A DNA stretch of 54,750 nucleotides from a virus (Duplodnaviria; Caudoviricetes), in IMG/VR virus record IMGVR_UViG_3300037467_001352, positions 1 to 54,750 of that record. The stretch is one strand, 5' to 3'. Each line of letters opens with the position of its first letter. Position 1 is the first letter of the stretch. This document shows positions 1-8,663 of this stretch, piece after piece. The notes below the pieces were generated by a model. That model ran no database searches and had not been told where the DNA came from. It saw only the letters and a program-made list of their open reading frames with translations. The position numbers were made by a program, and so were the translations under genes.

Positions 1-127
1 AATGCCCGCTTTCTGCTCATCCTCGCGCGTGGCGGGCTTGCCGTCCTCGCGCGTCACCTTCGGCGGCATATCGACGAGGAAGTAGCCGACGCCCGGCTGG
101 AACGCGTCCAGCATCGCGTCGCGTGCA
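1..127. repeat. 127-bp terminal direct repeat (circular overlap), copy 1
   Basis: Bases 1-127 are identical to 54624-54750; joining the ends restores an uninterrupted portal ORF. Confidence 0.97.
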
Positions 128-453
128 AGAACGTTCAGGTGCCGGCCGGCGTTGTCGATATTCTCGGCGAAATCCTTGATCTGCGACGGCACGTCTTCCT
201 TGAGAACGATCGGCTTTGTGAACACCTTGCCGACCATATCCTCGACGGTCTTTGCATAGGCGCCGAACAGGAACGACCGATCCAGGCGAGCCTTGTAGGC
301 TTCCTTGGATTCGGCCGCTTCCTTGGGCAGATACGTTTCGCCGGCGGCGCGCATGGCGTTCGTGCCAGCCATGAGCGCACGCGGCAACGCGGCAGCCATG
401 TGCATGGCCGCTGCCTCCGTGGAGACAGTAGATACGTCGGGCGCGTCGGTCAT
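1..453 (-). CDS. Portal protein (DUF4055-like), N-terminal part; continues across the circular junction to 53640
   Basis: ATG at 453 overlaps the terL stop (ATGA); reads MTDAPDVST...AMRAAGETYLPKEAAESKEAYKARLDRS, in frame with ORF 53640..54737. Confidence 0.88.
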   Translation of the reverse strand, partial: MTDAPDVSTVSTEAAAMHMAAALPRALMAGTNAMRAAGETYLPKEAAESKEAYKARLDRSFLFGAYAKTVEDMVGKVFTKPIVLKEDVPSQIKDFAENIDNAGRHLNVLARDAMLDAFQPGVGYFLVDMPPKVTREDGKPATREDEQKAGI

Positions 454-1703
454 ATGCGAAGCTCCGCAACGTCAGTGGTCGTGGCATGCCGCACGCTTTC
501 GAGCGCGTAACGCACCGAGTCGATAATGTGGTTGTCGCGATCAGCGAGCGCCGACGTAACCTTGTCGGTTTTCGGGTCGATCTTGTACGAGTACCGCTGA
601 AATTCCTTTGCGACGTGCTTGCAATCCGGGTGGATCACAATGTCGTAAGATTTCAGGAACTCGATACCTTCCTCGACTGAACCCGCGCCCTTGACCGCAG
701 CCGTCATGCGCGGAAAGCCGTTGCGCTGCATGTACGAAATGGTTTCTGGCCGCGCGCTGTCCGCGACGATCGCCACGCGCCGCGCGAGCGAGCGCCAGCG
801 AGGATCGCGGGATTTTTCCACCGTCCAAAGCGGATCAATGGTGTCGAACAGCGCGGGTGTGCGGTCAATTTCGCAACCAAGCGCCCACACCTCACGCCAG
901 ATATAGAGCGTGCGGCCGACGATGAAGCACAACACCATGACCGTGGGGTCGACTGAGAACCCCCAATCGGCGCCAGCATAGAGAATCACATCGTGCGTAG
1001 GCGCTTCAAACCATTCGACGCGCCAATTCTTGAACACGCGCGCTTCACTGTTGCGCTCATACGCGCCGAGCCAAACGTGCTCGTAGGTGTCCTTGTCGCG
1101 CCGCTTGTCGAACTCCATTTCCTCGACGAGTGTCGTTTCGCCGAACCATGGATTGTCCATGTAATTCGCTTCAACGACGATTGATCGGGGCGGCTTCTCC
1201 ACGCCGCGCAACAGGTCGTCAACCGGATCTTCCGGCGACTTGGGGTTCCAAGAGAACCACAGTTCCGATTCCGGTTTGCGGAGCGTCGGACGCAGGAGGC
1301 GTAACGACGTGGCCGAAAGCGTCTGTGCTTCCTCGACCCACCCGCCGTCATAGCCCTCCAGCGACTTGATCGAGTCGGCGGTATGGTTTTGCATACCCTG
1401 GAAAATGATCAGACCGCCGCCGGGCGTGACGATTTCCGTCTTGCGCGGATCGAACATCCCGCCCACTTCGTATTCGCGGGCTTTGAGTTCGAGCAGGCGC
1501 TTTGCCGATTGAGCGAGGGACTTTTGAACCTCGCGGATACAGACCCAATGCGTGCCGGGAACACGGACGCATCGCTTGACCAGTTCACCGGCGAAAAAGT
1601 GCGATTTCGCCGAACCGCGACCGCCATGCGCGCCTTTATAGCGGGCAGGGGTCAGGAGTGGCACGAACACGCGCGCCACATTATCGCGCATTTGCCGACC
1701 CAT
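450..1703 (-). CDS. terL: Terminase large subunit (PBSX/Terminase_3 type)
   Basis: Walker A GGRGSAKS, Walker B WVEEAQ, SWNP coupling motif, nuclease motifs GADWGF and DNHIIDSVRY. Confidence 0.96.
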   Translation of the reverse strand: MGRQMRDNVARVFVPLLTPARYKGAHGGRGSAKSHFFAGELVKRCVRVPGTHWVCIREVQKSLAQSAKRLLELKAREYEVGGMFDPRKTEIVTPGGGLIIFQGMQNHTADSIKSLEGYDGGWVEEAQTLSATSLRLLRPTLRKPESELWFSWNPKSPEDPVDDLLRGVEKPPRSIVVEANYMDNPWFGETTLVEEMEFDKRRDKDTYEHVWLGAYERNSEARVFKNWRVEWFEAPTHDVILYAGADWGFSVDPTVMVLCFIVGRTLYIWREVWALGCEIDRTPALFDTIDPLWTVEKSRDPRWRSLARRVAIVADSARPETISYMQRNGFPRMTAAVKGAGSVEEGIEFLKSYDIVIHPDCKHVAKEFQRYSYKIDPKTDKVTSALADRDNHIIDSVRYALESVRHATTTDVAELRI

Positions 1704-2188
1704 TACGCGGCCACCGGCTGCTTGGGGTCGACGATGGTGGTCACGATTTCCGTCACCGGTTCCGGCTTATCCGCTTCCTTCGTCGCGGCCGCACCCTTCG
1801 GCACGAAGAACCCTGCCTCAATTTTGGCAAAGGTTTCGGCCGTCTTGTTCGCCAGGTCGAACGCGTTCCGGTTGCGCTGCACCTCGTGATCGCGCGACAT
1901 GCCGAGCAGCATGATTCGCATGGTTTCCGATGCAGTTGGCCAAAGACGCGCCATTTCGGCCGCCATCGCCTCGCGCGCCTTGCGGAATGCCGTAACCTCG
2001 TCGGGACCGAGCAGCGAATACCGTGGGTCGCAGGCATGGACGTCGCGTTCGTCGCAATCCGTGTCCGGAAACTCGACCTTGAACGCGCCGACAATTTCGT
2101 TCGCGGTGTAATACGCGGCGACCTTGTTGACGATAAAAAGCCGCTGAGTCGCCGTGTGCTTAACGGGCATGTCGGTTTCGGCGGGCAT
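1703..2188 (-). CDS. Terminase small subunit (DUF2280-like)
   Basis: Directly upstream of and overlapping terL; N-terminus QRLFIVNKVAAYYTANEIVGAFKVEF...CDP resembles DUF2280. Confidence 0.7.
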   Translation of the reverse strand: MPAETDMPVKHTATQRLFIVNKVAAYYTANEIVGAFKVEFPDTDCDERDVHACDPRYSLLGPDEVTAFRKAREAMAAEMARLWPTASETMRIMLLGMSRDHEVQRNRNAFDLANKTAETFAKIEAGFFVPKGAAATKEADKPEPVTEIVTTIVDPKQPVAA

Positions 2189-2514
2189 CCCGCCACACCG
2201 CCTTCCGTTAGGCGCCAGCAGCCGCGCGCAGACTCAAACGCTACGCGCCACCCCCGCAGAGCGGAGCCGAGCACGCGCGGCCGCTGACCTCTTGGAATTG
2301 CCACTGCGACAAACCGGCTCGATCGCAGCGAGAGGACACCTTTTGCTTAGACACCACTTCCGTCCGGTCTACCCTGTCGGGAACTCGTCAGCGGTGTACG
2401 GGCCTCGCATCGGAAACACTCTCGTCCGGCGCAACATGACGACGCCTTGCCCCTGATGAAAATCGGCCAAATGGCTTGCGGGCAGGTCGGCTGATGCGGC
2501 GCCGGGCGGGAGGG

Positions 2515-3198
2515 TTAAAGGGAAACGTTGTGGTCCGCGATCTTGCGGCAAAGACCGACGAACATGTCCTGCGGAAGATCGTTCTTCATGATGTTCGCAA
2601 TTCGCATTACCAGTTGCACGTTTCCGAGCACATAATTTCCGCTGCTGTCGATCCGATCGATGCTTGGCGCTTTGTAATTGCGACCGTTACGTCCCTTTGA
2701 ACCGGGCGTTTTCCAGTCCATTTCAAGACCCGTCAGCGAGCACACGCCGCGCTGGTCAAGAAACATGCCGAGAACATCGTCTTTATCGAGAAAGAACGCG
2801 ATGCCCCTGGCCGTTGCACCACCGCGCGCACCAAGCGTCAACTTAGCAAAATACGCGTCAAGTGTGGGTGAATAAAGATCGTGTTCGACATGTTGCCCAC
2901 GTGCCTGCGTGCGACAACGCGCGCAATGAGGATGCAGATAAATGGCCCATCGGTTCCGCGCGACGCGAGAACTGACGGTTTTGGGTGGCGATACCGGACA
3001 AAACTGGTCTTGCGGCAATCGGCGATGGCAGCGACGGCATTCGAGAAATGGAATACGGTCGCCGGGTGCCGGATCGAAGCCGATATTAACTGCCTCCGCC
3101 GCGAACTCGTAGGGTTTGCGAATTATTGATTTGGAGGGTGCCTGAGACACAATTTTCGAGCCTGCCTGAGAATTATCACAAAGTGCCCGGCTTGTCAA
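2515..3198 (-). CDS. His-Me finger/HNH-like endonuclease with Zn-binding CxxC pairs (start uncertain)
   Basis: CRRC and CARC pairs, CSLTG, SIDRIDSSGNYVLGNVQLV..IANIMK motif; lies upstream of terS. Confidence 0.75.
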   Translation of the reverse strand: MTSRALCDNSQAGSKIVSQAPSKSIIRKPYEFAAEAVNIGFDPAPGDRIPFLECRRCHRRLPQDQFCPVSPPKTVSSRVARNRWAIYLHPHCARCRTQARGQHVEHDLYSPTLDAYFAKLTLGARGGATARGIAFFLDKDDVLGMFLDQRGVCSLTGLEMDWKTPGSKGRNGRNYKAPSIDRIDSSGNYVLGNVQLVMRIANIMKNDLPQDMFVGLCRKIADHNVSL

Positions 3199-3695
3199 CG
3201 CGTCTGTGAACTGTCAACGCTAAATCGCAGTTTCCAATCGCGAATCCCTGCTGGAACATTACCGCGAAGTGCCGCAAAATGGCGAATGGCAGCGATGAGT
3301 TGCGCCTTAGCCGTGCCCTTACGTTGACTACGAAGTTCGTCAATCCGGCGCGGATCATGCTCCACAAATAGCACGGCGGTCGCTACCGCTAAATATATGG
3401 TTCCCTGCAGGTCCGACGTCCACTGGCTATAGACTCGACAGAGGTCCGACCGACGCGCGGCCATGTCGTCAGCGGCGTCCGATCGCAGTTCCGACGATGG
3501 AATACCCAGGTCCGGATCGCGTGGCGCGGGGAGGCCAGCGGCGAGGTGGTGCGCCGCCACGATTTCGTCAGCTGCCGTATGCTCGTAAATGGACAGCGAG
3601 CGTTTCAGGCGCGCAAGCGGTGCTTCTGCCATTCGCTGGCGCGCCCGCTTGATCTTGTTGGACTGCTTCGGTTTGCGACGTGTCTTAGCGGCCAC
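3195..3695 (-). CDS. DUF6456-like putative late regulator/antiterminator (likely GTG start at 3695)
   Basis: PLARL...AADEI N-terminal pattern and C-terminal HTH-like VLFVEHDPRRIDELRSQRKGTAKAQLIAAIRHFA; Q-like position at the end of the early operon. Confidence 0.5.
   Translation of the reverse strand: MAAKTRRKPKQSNKIKRARQRMAEAPLARLKRSLSIYEHTAADEIVAAHHLAAGLPAPRDPDLGIPSSELRSDAADDMAARRSDLCRVYSQWTSDLQGTIYLAVATAVLFVEHDPRRIDELRSQRKGTAKAQLIAAIRHFAALRGNVPAGIRDWKLRFSVDSSQTR
3206..3218 (-). promoter_or_regulatory. 13-bp motif copy (GTTGACAGTTCAC); second TTGACA just downstream; candidate late promoter
   Basis: gtgaactgtcaac on +; second tgtcaa at 3193-3198. Confidence 0.65.
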
Positions 3696-3864
3696 GCGGA
3701 CCCCGCCATGCTTCTTGAATGTCGGAAGCGAGATCGGTCCACGCGATGACTGTGCCGAGAACGATACCTGCAGTCGCGAACAGAGGCATAAGAGTGATAA
3801 TCGCCGCGCGCCGTAACCACGGATTACGGATTTCATTGAGCGCGCGGGGGCGGCGCGGTTTCAT
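3685..3864 (-). CDS. Small membrane protein
   Basis: One hydrophobic helix; overlaps its neighbours. Confidence 0.55.
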   Translation of the reverse strand: MKPRRPRALNEIRNPWLRRAAIITLMPLFATAGIVLGTVIAWTDLASDIQEAWRGPRGR

Positions 3865-4091
3865 GCTGCACACTTCGTTGGAACCGATTCACCGGCGAAC
3901 AGCGTGCGCCACCCTTTTTCGGTCACGTGAGACAACGCATACCCGATATCTTCAACCAAGCCCTTTTCACGAAGACTTGTGAAAGTGCTTGACGCCAACG
4001 GCTTTTCGACTGTGTTCGGGAGGGGATGCAGTCGACCGCCGCGAGCCGAAGCGCGCTTGAGCACGTCGAATTGAACCTGAGTCAAGATCAT
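3861..4091 (-). CDS. Hypothetical protein, winged-helix-like
   Basis: LTQVQFDVL...SLREKGLVE...VTEKG pattern; ATGA coupling. Confidence 0.55.
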   Translation of the reverse strand: MILTQVQFDVLKRASARGGRLHPLPNTVEKPLASSTFTSLREKGLVEDIGYALSHVTEKGWRTLFAGESVPTKCAA

Positions 4092-4306
4092 GACCACTTC
4101 ATCCGTGGCGGCAGGCCGTTGACGAGGTTCGATCGGACGCCCCACAGGCCGGGCGCTTCCGGAATCTCGTAGCGTTCGGCACGCACCAGATGCCCGGCGC
4201 CGCCGCGATCGTGCCAGAATTTCTGAATGTGGGCGGCAAGCACACCGGCCGCGTATTTCGTGAAAGCGTCTTTGTCAGGCGGCAGGATGGGCTTTGGCAT
4301 GGGCAC
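4088..4306 (-). CDS. Hypothetical phage protein
   Basis: 72-aa ORF downstream of a motif promoter; coupled to the next gene. Confidence 0.6.
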   Translation of the reverse strand: MPMPKPILPPDKDAFTKYAAGVLAAHIQKFWHDRGGAGHLVRAERYEIPEAPGLWGVRSNLVNGLPPRMKWS

Positions 4307-4341
4307 TCCGAAGGAAGTGCCGGCAGGATGGCCTAGTTTAT

Positions 4342-4354
4342 GAAAACTGTCAAC
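4342..4354 (-). promoter_or_regulatory. 13-bp motif/sigma70-like promoter
   Basis: GTTGACAGTTTTC; TTGACA-N17-CATCCT. Confidence 0.65.
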
Positions 4355-4359
4355 GAAAA

Positions 4360-4626
4360 TTATTCACTCAACACCCGATACACATACGCCCGCGTACAGC
4401 CGAGCAACTGCGCAATCCGCACCGGTTTGATGCCTTGCGCACGCAAGCCGACGATCTGGACCCGCTTTTGGCTCGTCGCAATGCGTGCCTTCCGTTTTCG
4501 CCGCGGCCGCTCCGCGCGCAGTGTTTTATAGACCCAACTGCGCGACACGCCGAGCGCCGCAGCGATTTGAGCCGGATCCTGCCCGTCGTCGCTACGCGCG
4601 ACGATATCGATGACGGTGTGGTTCAT
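4360..4626 (-). CDS. Tandem helix-turn-helix DNA-binding protein
   Basis: Two HTH units: PAQIAAALGVSRSWVYKTL and PVRIAQLLGCTRAYVYRVL. Confidence 0.75.
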   Translation of the reverse strand: MNHTVIDIVARSDDGQDPAQIAAALGVSRSWVYKTLRAERPRRKRKARIATSQKRVQIVGLRAQGIKPVRIAQLLGCTRAYVYRVLSE

Positions 4627-6245
4627 GCAGCGACCTCCGCTGCGGAGGGCATCGGCACGGGAAGCATGGCGCCGTCCGCTGTGACCTGAATTGCTGATGT
4701 GCGCGACGCGCCATTCGGCAGCAGGAGGGCATTCACCGCGCCGCCATCCGCACGCAACCACCGTGCCGCGCGAGCATGGTCAGCGAACACGCCGGTCAGG
4801 TCATATCGCTCCGTCCCGGCGACGACCGTAACCGCGCCTTCCTCGCGCCCAAACACGCGCAGGACCGGCAACCAACCGCCCGCGCGTTCCGTCCCCGTGC
4901 GATAACTCGCGATCAGCGCGGCGCCGGACGGGGTGTCGAACAGTTTGTGGGGTTTTGTCTCGCCATCGCCGGCGGGCTTGCGCATGTCGTGCCCGCAGCA
5001 CGGGCAATCCAAGTGATGTTTGGCGATACTCTCGAGGCACGCTGGACACAACTTGGTCATAACCGCGTCGCAGGACCAGCAATTCCGCGCAGCTGCCGCG
5101 TTCCGCTTCCCGCATTCCTCGCACGATACCAGTCGCGCTGCGGTATTCTGCGGGCGGATGAAGTCGAGCGGCCCGTGTCGGTCGATATTCCCGGCGAAGT
5201 CGAGCACAAGCCCGTCCGCCTTGCCGGCGGCGATCGACGAATCAATACTTCCGCCGATTGTGCGCAGCAGGCGACCCGTCATCTGGATATAGAGGCCGAG
5301 CGACTTGGTCGCGCGCCGCATGACCAGCATGTCGACCTCTTGGACGTCGAACCCGGTCGTCAGCGCCGCCACGTTGACCAGGCAGCGCAGCCGACCGGCT
5401 CGAAACGCTGCAATGGTCGCAGCACGCTCGCCCGCAGGCGTCTCGCCGAGCACGAGGCCGGTCGGAATACCCCATTCGTTGAGCCGCTGCGTCATGGCAC
5501 GGGCGGCCTTGGTCGACGCCTCGAAACACAGCCACGCACGACGATTCGCGCCGTGGTGGCGCATCTGCGCGATGTGGTTGTCGATCGCCGCAATCATCTG
5601 CGCATCTTGCGAATCGGCGGTGTATTCGCCCTGACGCGTTTTGAGGCGTGTCGTGTCGATCGTGTCGTCGGCCGGTGCGGAGAATGCCGGCACCAGATAG
5701 CCGTCATGAATTCCGTTCAGAATGTCATAGCGATAGACGACCTTATCGAAGGGTGCGCCTTCACCTTCGACCAATGAGCCGCCTTGCAGACGAAAAACGG
5801 TTCCTGAAAATCCGGGCATACGCGGATATCCGAGCGCACGGTGTAACTCGCGATACATTCCAGATTCAGAATGAGGAATCAGATGGCATTCATCTACCAA
5901 TAAATTCTGAATCTGTCCGAACGAAACCGCGTGACGATATACCGATTGAATTGCGGCGCTGATGACCGGAGCGCGCCAGGTTCGCTCGCCAAGTGCAGCG
6001 GCGTTGATACCCGTTTGCAAGCCGAGCAGGCGGCATGCCTTGGCATTCTGCTCGACCAGTTCGCGCGTATGCGCCCCGATGATGACGCGTTCACCACGTG
6101 CGACGGCGCGACGCGCGACCTCTGCCATGATCAACGACTTGCCGGATCCGACACAGGAATCGACGAGCGGGCGCAACAGCCTTTCGCGCCACGCCGCTTC
6201 AACAGCGTCGGCAGCTTCAATCTGATTCGGACGGAGAGTGATCAT
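4623..6245 (-). CDS. SF2 DEAH-box helicase with C-terminal zinc ribbons (RadD/YejH-like)
   Basis: GSGKS, DECH, LTTGFD and QMTGRLLR motifs; four CxxC pairs. Confidence 0.93.
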   Translation of the reverse strand: MITLRPNQIEAADAVEAAWRERLLRPLVDSCVGSGKSLIMAEVARRAVARGERVIIGAHTRELVEQNAKACRLLGLQTGINAAALGERTWRAPVISAAIQSVYRHAVSFGQIQNLLVDECHLIPHSESGMYRELHRALGYPRMPGFSGTVFRLQGGSLVEGEGAPFDKVVYRYDILNGIHDGYLVPAFSAPADDTIDTTRLKTRQGEYTADSQDAQMIAAIDNHIAQMRHHGANRRAWLCFEASTKAARAMTQRLNEWGIPTGLVLGETPAGERAATIAAFRAGRLRCLVNVAALTTGFDVQEVDMLVMRRATKSLGLYIQMTGRLLRTIGGSIDSSIAAGKADGLVLDFAGNIDRHGPLDFIRPQNTAARLVSCEECGKRNAAAARNCWSCDAVMTKLCPACLESIAKHHLDCPCCGHDMRKPAGDGETKPHKLFDTPSGAALIASYRTGTERAGGWLPVLRVFGREEGAVTVVAGTERYDLTGVFADHARAARWLRADGGAVNALLLPNGASRTSAIQVTADGAMLPVPMPSAAEVAA

Positions 6246-6967
6246 ACGAATTGCCCTTTTGAGTTCCGCTCAGAACCACTTGCACATCGTAACTTTGCGG
6301 AAGCACTCATCCGAGCACGCACTTCGGCAGAACGTCGCATACCTTTAAGGCTTACCGTTCGACGCTCGATTTCAGCAGTTGATTGTTTACGGCCCCTTCC
6401 TGCAATACTCAGTTTTGCGCGTTGTTCTTTCGATATCTCCTTACCGCGATGTGCTGCGCCTATCTTTGCCCGCGTTTCATCCGATGCACGCATGCCGATG
6501 CGCTTCGATGTTCGCTTCGCAATCCATTCGGGCGATTGTTTCCGACCTTTATTTGCTGCCGAAATTTTAGCCCGTGTTTCGGGCGACAGGCTGCGACGCA
6601 ATTTCTGTTTGGTAGATTCTCGATGCACGAACCCGGTCGGTCCCGCACCACCGTCTGCGACGTTCACGCTACCGAAAGCGTGTCGAAGTATCGCGATCCA
6701 ATGCTTTTCCCGTAGTGTCCAATCTTGCGTCGCAGGTACGATTTCCATCGCTTGAATGCAGACGAAATCGCCGCACTCGCGCAATCTGGAATGCAAAGGT
6801 CGATCCGCACCACGTACGGCATCCCGAATATGCGTTTTAAATCGTCGCGAAAGACTAAAGACGGTCTTGCCGCAATAAAACGGCACACCCACGGGGCTTA
6901 GTCGCGTGTCGAAAATCCAATATATCGTGGTGGACCGATCGTCTTTGCGCCTTGGCATGCCCCACAT
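6242..6967 (-). CDS. GIY-YIG-like homing endonuclease with NUMOD3 repeats
   Basis: TIYW...FYCGKT...RRFKTH...REKHWI...NVADGG, followed by repeats such as SPETRAKISAANKGRK and SDETRAKIGAAHRGK. Confidence 0.8.
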   Translation of the reverse strand: MWGMPRRKDDRSTTIYWIFDTRLSPVGVPFYCGKTVFSLSRRFKTHIRDAVRGADRPLHSRLRECGDFVCIQAMEIVPATQDWTLREKHWIAILRHAFGSVNVADGGAGPTGFVHRESTKQKLRRSLSPETRAKISAANKGRKQSPEWIAKRTSKRIGMRASDETRAKIGAAHRGKEISKEQRAKLSIAGRGRKQSTAEIERRTVSLKGMRRSAEVRARMSASAKLRCASGSERNSKGQFV

Positions 6968-6980
6968 CTAAACTATTTCT

Positions 6981-6993
6981 GCAAACTGTCAAC
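6981..6993 (-). promoter_or_regulatory. 13-bp motif/sigma70-like promoter
   Basis: GTTGACAGTTTGC, just downstream of a terminator. Confidence 0.65.
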
Positions 6994-7005
6994 ACATAAT
7001 AGAAC

Positions 7006-7034
7006 AAAAAGACCGCCCCGAAAGGCGGCCTTTT
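7006..7034 (-). terminator. Intrinsic terminator (probably bidirectional)
   Basis: aaaaagaccgcc-ccgaaa-ggcggcctttt hairpin flanked by A and T tracts. Confidence 0.8.
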
Positions 7035-7058
7035 GCGTCAGAATCGAAGTCCGAAATA

Positions 7059-7280
7059 CTATCCTACGGGGCGATGACTGGGCGGTGCGGTCGGACGCGG
7101 CGGACCATTGCCCCGCTTGCCCGGCTTGGTTTCCTGAGACGAAGCGCCGCGGCTGGCCTCGTCGATCAGTTCGTCGACGGCAGCGATAGCACCGATCGTG
7201 GCGTTCAGATTGGCCGCGAGTTGGTCTTTCTGCGCGATCAGAACGGTGCGTTTCTGGTTCAATTGTTCGAGCGTCAGCAT
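7059..7280 (-). CDS. Small coiled-coil hypothetical protein
   Basis: MLTLEQLNQKRTVLIAQKDQLAANL..., AAAGGA SD upstream. Confidence 0.6.
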   Translation of the reverse strand: MLTLEQLNQKRTVLIAQKDQLAANLNATIGAIAAVDELIDEASRGASSQETKPGKRGNGPPRPTAPPSHRPVG

Positions 7281-7300
7281 GGTCGTCCTTTCGTTGGTGG

Positions 7301-7498
7301 TCAGTCGGGAAGGCCGGACACGAAACGTCGCGGCTGAACTTCGTTGAAGAACGCCAGGGCGCGCGGCTTGGCGGGTTGCGTAGGCACCTGTTGCCCGCAC
7401 ACAGGCGGTTCCGGGTCGTTCGTGTCCCAAAGCAGGCCGCATGCGGCGCAGCGCATCTGGTCCGACTCCTGGCGGGCTTGGCAGCGAGTGTCGGTCAA
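7301..7498 (-). CDS. Small Cys-rich hypothetical protein
   Basis: C...CAAC...C pattern; coupled to upstream gene. Confidence 0.55.
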   Translation of the reverse strand: MTDTRCQARQESDQMRCAACGLLWDTNDPEPPVCGQQVPTQPAKPRALAFFNEVQPRRFVSGLPD

Positions 7499-7905
7499 TA
7501 CAGCCTCCGCAACGTTGTCGTGACGAGGTAATCGGTCAGATACGCGTAGGCTTCATCGGTGTCCGGAGTCAGTGGCGTGTTGCGATTACGAAAAAGCCAC
7601 TGCGTAACATGCGTCATTTCGTGCGCGATCGTTCCGACCGCCTTCCGAAAATCACGCCTGTCGAATCGAAACAGAACGACGAATCCGCCGGCCAATGGGG
7701 CCATTCGACCAACATTCGCCGGGTTGTCGTCCCAACCGGATATGTCGCGCCGGAGAGACGCGAGATTGTCGGTGTTGGAATGCAATTTTGCGATCCGGCG
7801 AAGGACCGCATCTTCGCTCATATTCACCGCCACACCGACGTCGGTGTTATAGACGTCCACGTTCAGAACATGGAATTGCGGCGTGTGCCATTGCCGTTTG
7901 CTCAC
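7495..7905 (-). CDS. HExxH metallopeptidase-like protein
   Basis: TIAHEMTH...DEAYAYL. Confidence 0.65.
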   Translation of the reverse strand: MSKRQWHTPQFHVLNVDVYNTDVGVAVNMSEDAVLRRIAKLHSNTDNLASLRRDISGWDDNPANVGRMAPLAGGFVVLFRFDRRDFRKAVGTIAHEMTHVTQWLFRNRNTPLTPDTDEAYAYLTDYLVTTTLRRLY

Positions 7906-8444
7906 GCCGCAACCCCCGCATGCGCCCGCGCGAGGATAGCAAGCGCAGCATTCGCGGCTCGTGTCTGCGCAATGGCGTCGTTGAGCGCGATGTGAGGCGG
8001 CGGGACCGCGTAATTCTTCACGTCGATGCCGGCCAGGTCGTACAGCGTGCGCGTGTCACGAACCTGCCAGTATTGCCACGGGCAGGGTACGCTGGCGCGG
8101 CGGAACACTTCCTCGAGCAGCGGGCAATCGAACGTGGCGCCGTGGCACCAGATCAAGAAATCGCCTGCGGGGGCGGCCCATCCGAGCCATTGGCCGATGT
8201 AGGGCAGGACGGTTGCGAGCGGCAGCGGGTTCGCATGCGCGGCCTGATATGCAACCGGATCCTGTCGTGACCACCATTCGAGCGTCGCCGGGTCAGACGC
8301 AAGGCCAAGCGCTTCCTGATGCGGCACGTCGAGATTGACCGACACGCTCGCCTCATCGGAGAAGCGCACCAGCGCCGCGGACAGCACGATCGAGCCGACA
8401 CGCGTACCGTATGTTTCAATATCGAGCATGATGTGGGTGGTCAT
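7902..8444 (-). CDS. DEDDh 3'-5' exonuclease (DUF5051/Rv2179c-like)
   Basis: HIMLDIET, GATFD, RDTRT and HIALNDA motifs. Confidence 0.88.
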   Translation of the reverse strand: MTTHIMLDIETYGTRVGSIVLSAALVRFSDEASVSVNLDVPHQEALGLASDPATLEWWSRQDPVAYQAAHANPLPLATVLPYIGQWLGWAAPAGDFLIWCHGATFDCPLLEEVFRRASVPCPWQYWQVRDTRTLYDLAGIDVKNYAVPPPHIALNDAIAQTRAANAALAILARAHAGVAA

Positions 8445-8623
8445 ATCCGTCCCCGTTGATGCCGGAGCTTTCCCGCCCCGGCGAGTTCAATCGTTGTTTC
8501 GGTCATGATGCGTTCGACTTCGGCTTTCGCCTCCGCGTTCGTCGGTTCACGACCAAGGCGCTGCGCCAGTTTCCCCCAAATCGTATTTGGGTTCGCGTTG
8601 TGCCATGTGACGGTGACTTGCAT
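8441..8623 (-). CDS. Hypothetical protein
   Basis: 60-aa ORF with LGREPT motif; ATGA coupling; ATG 7 nt after predicted -10. Confidence 0.65.
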   Translation of the reverse strand: MQVTVTWHNANPNTIWGKLAQRLGREPTNAEAKAEVERIMTETTIELAGAGKLRHQRGRI

Positions 8624-8646
8624 CCTCGAAACCTGTCACCGAATCT

Positions 8647-8659
8647 GTAAACTGTCAAC
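8647..8659 (-). promoter_or_regulatory. 13-bp motif/sigma70-like promoter
   Basis: GTTGACAGTTTAC; TTGACA-N17-CAGGTT. Confidence 0.7.
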
Positions 8660-8663
8660 AGAA

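Noticed and set aside
6242-6967. Group I intron or intein around the homing endonucleases (also 21522..22052)
   Set aside because: Neighbouring genes look complete and are translationally coupled, so the endonucleases appear free-standing; no intein motifs seen in the polymerase, helicase or terL
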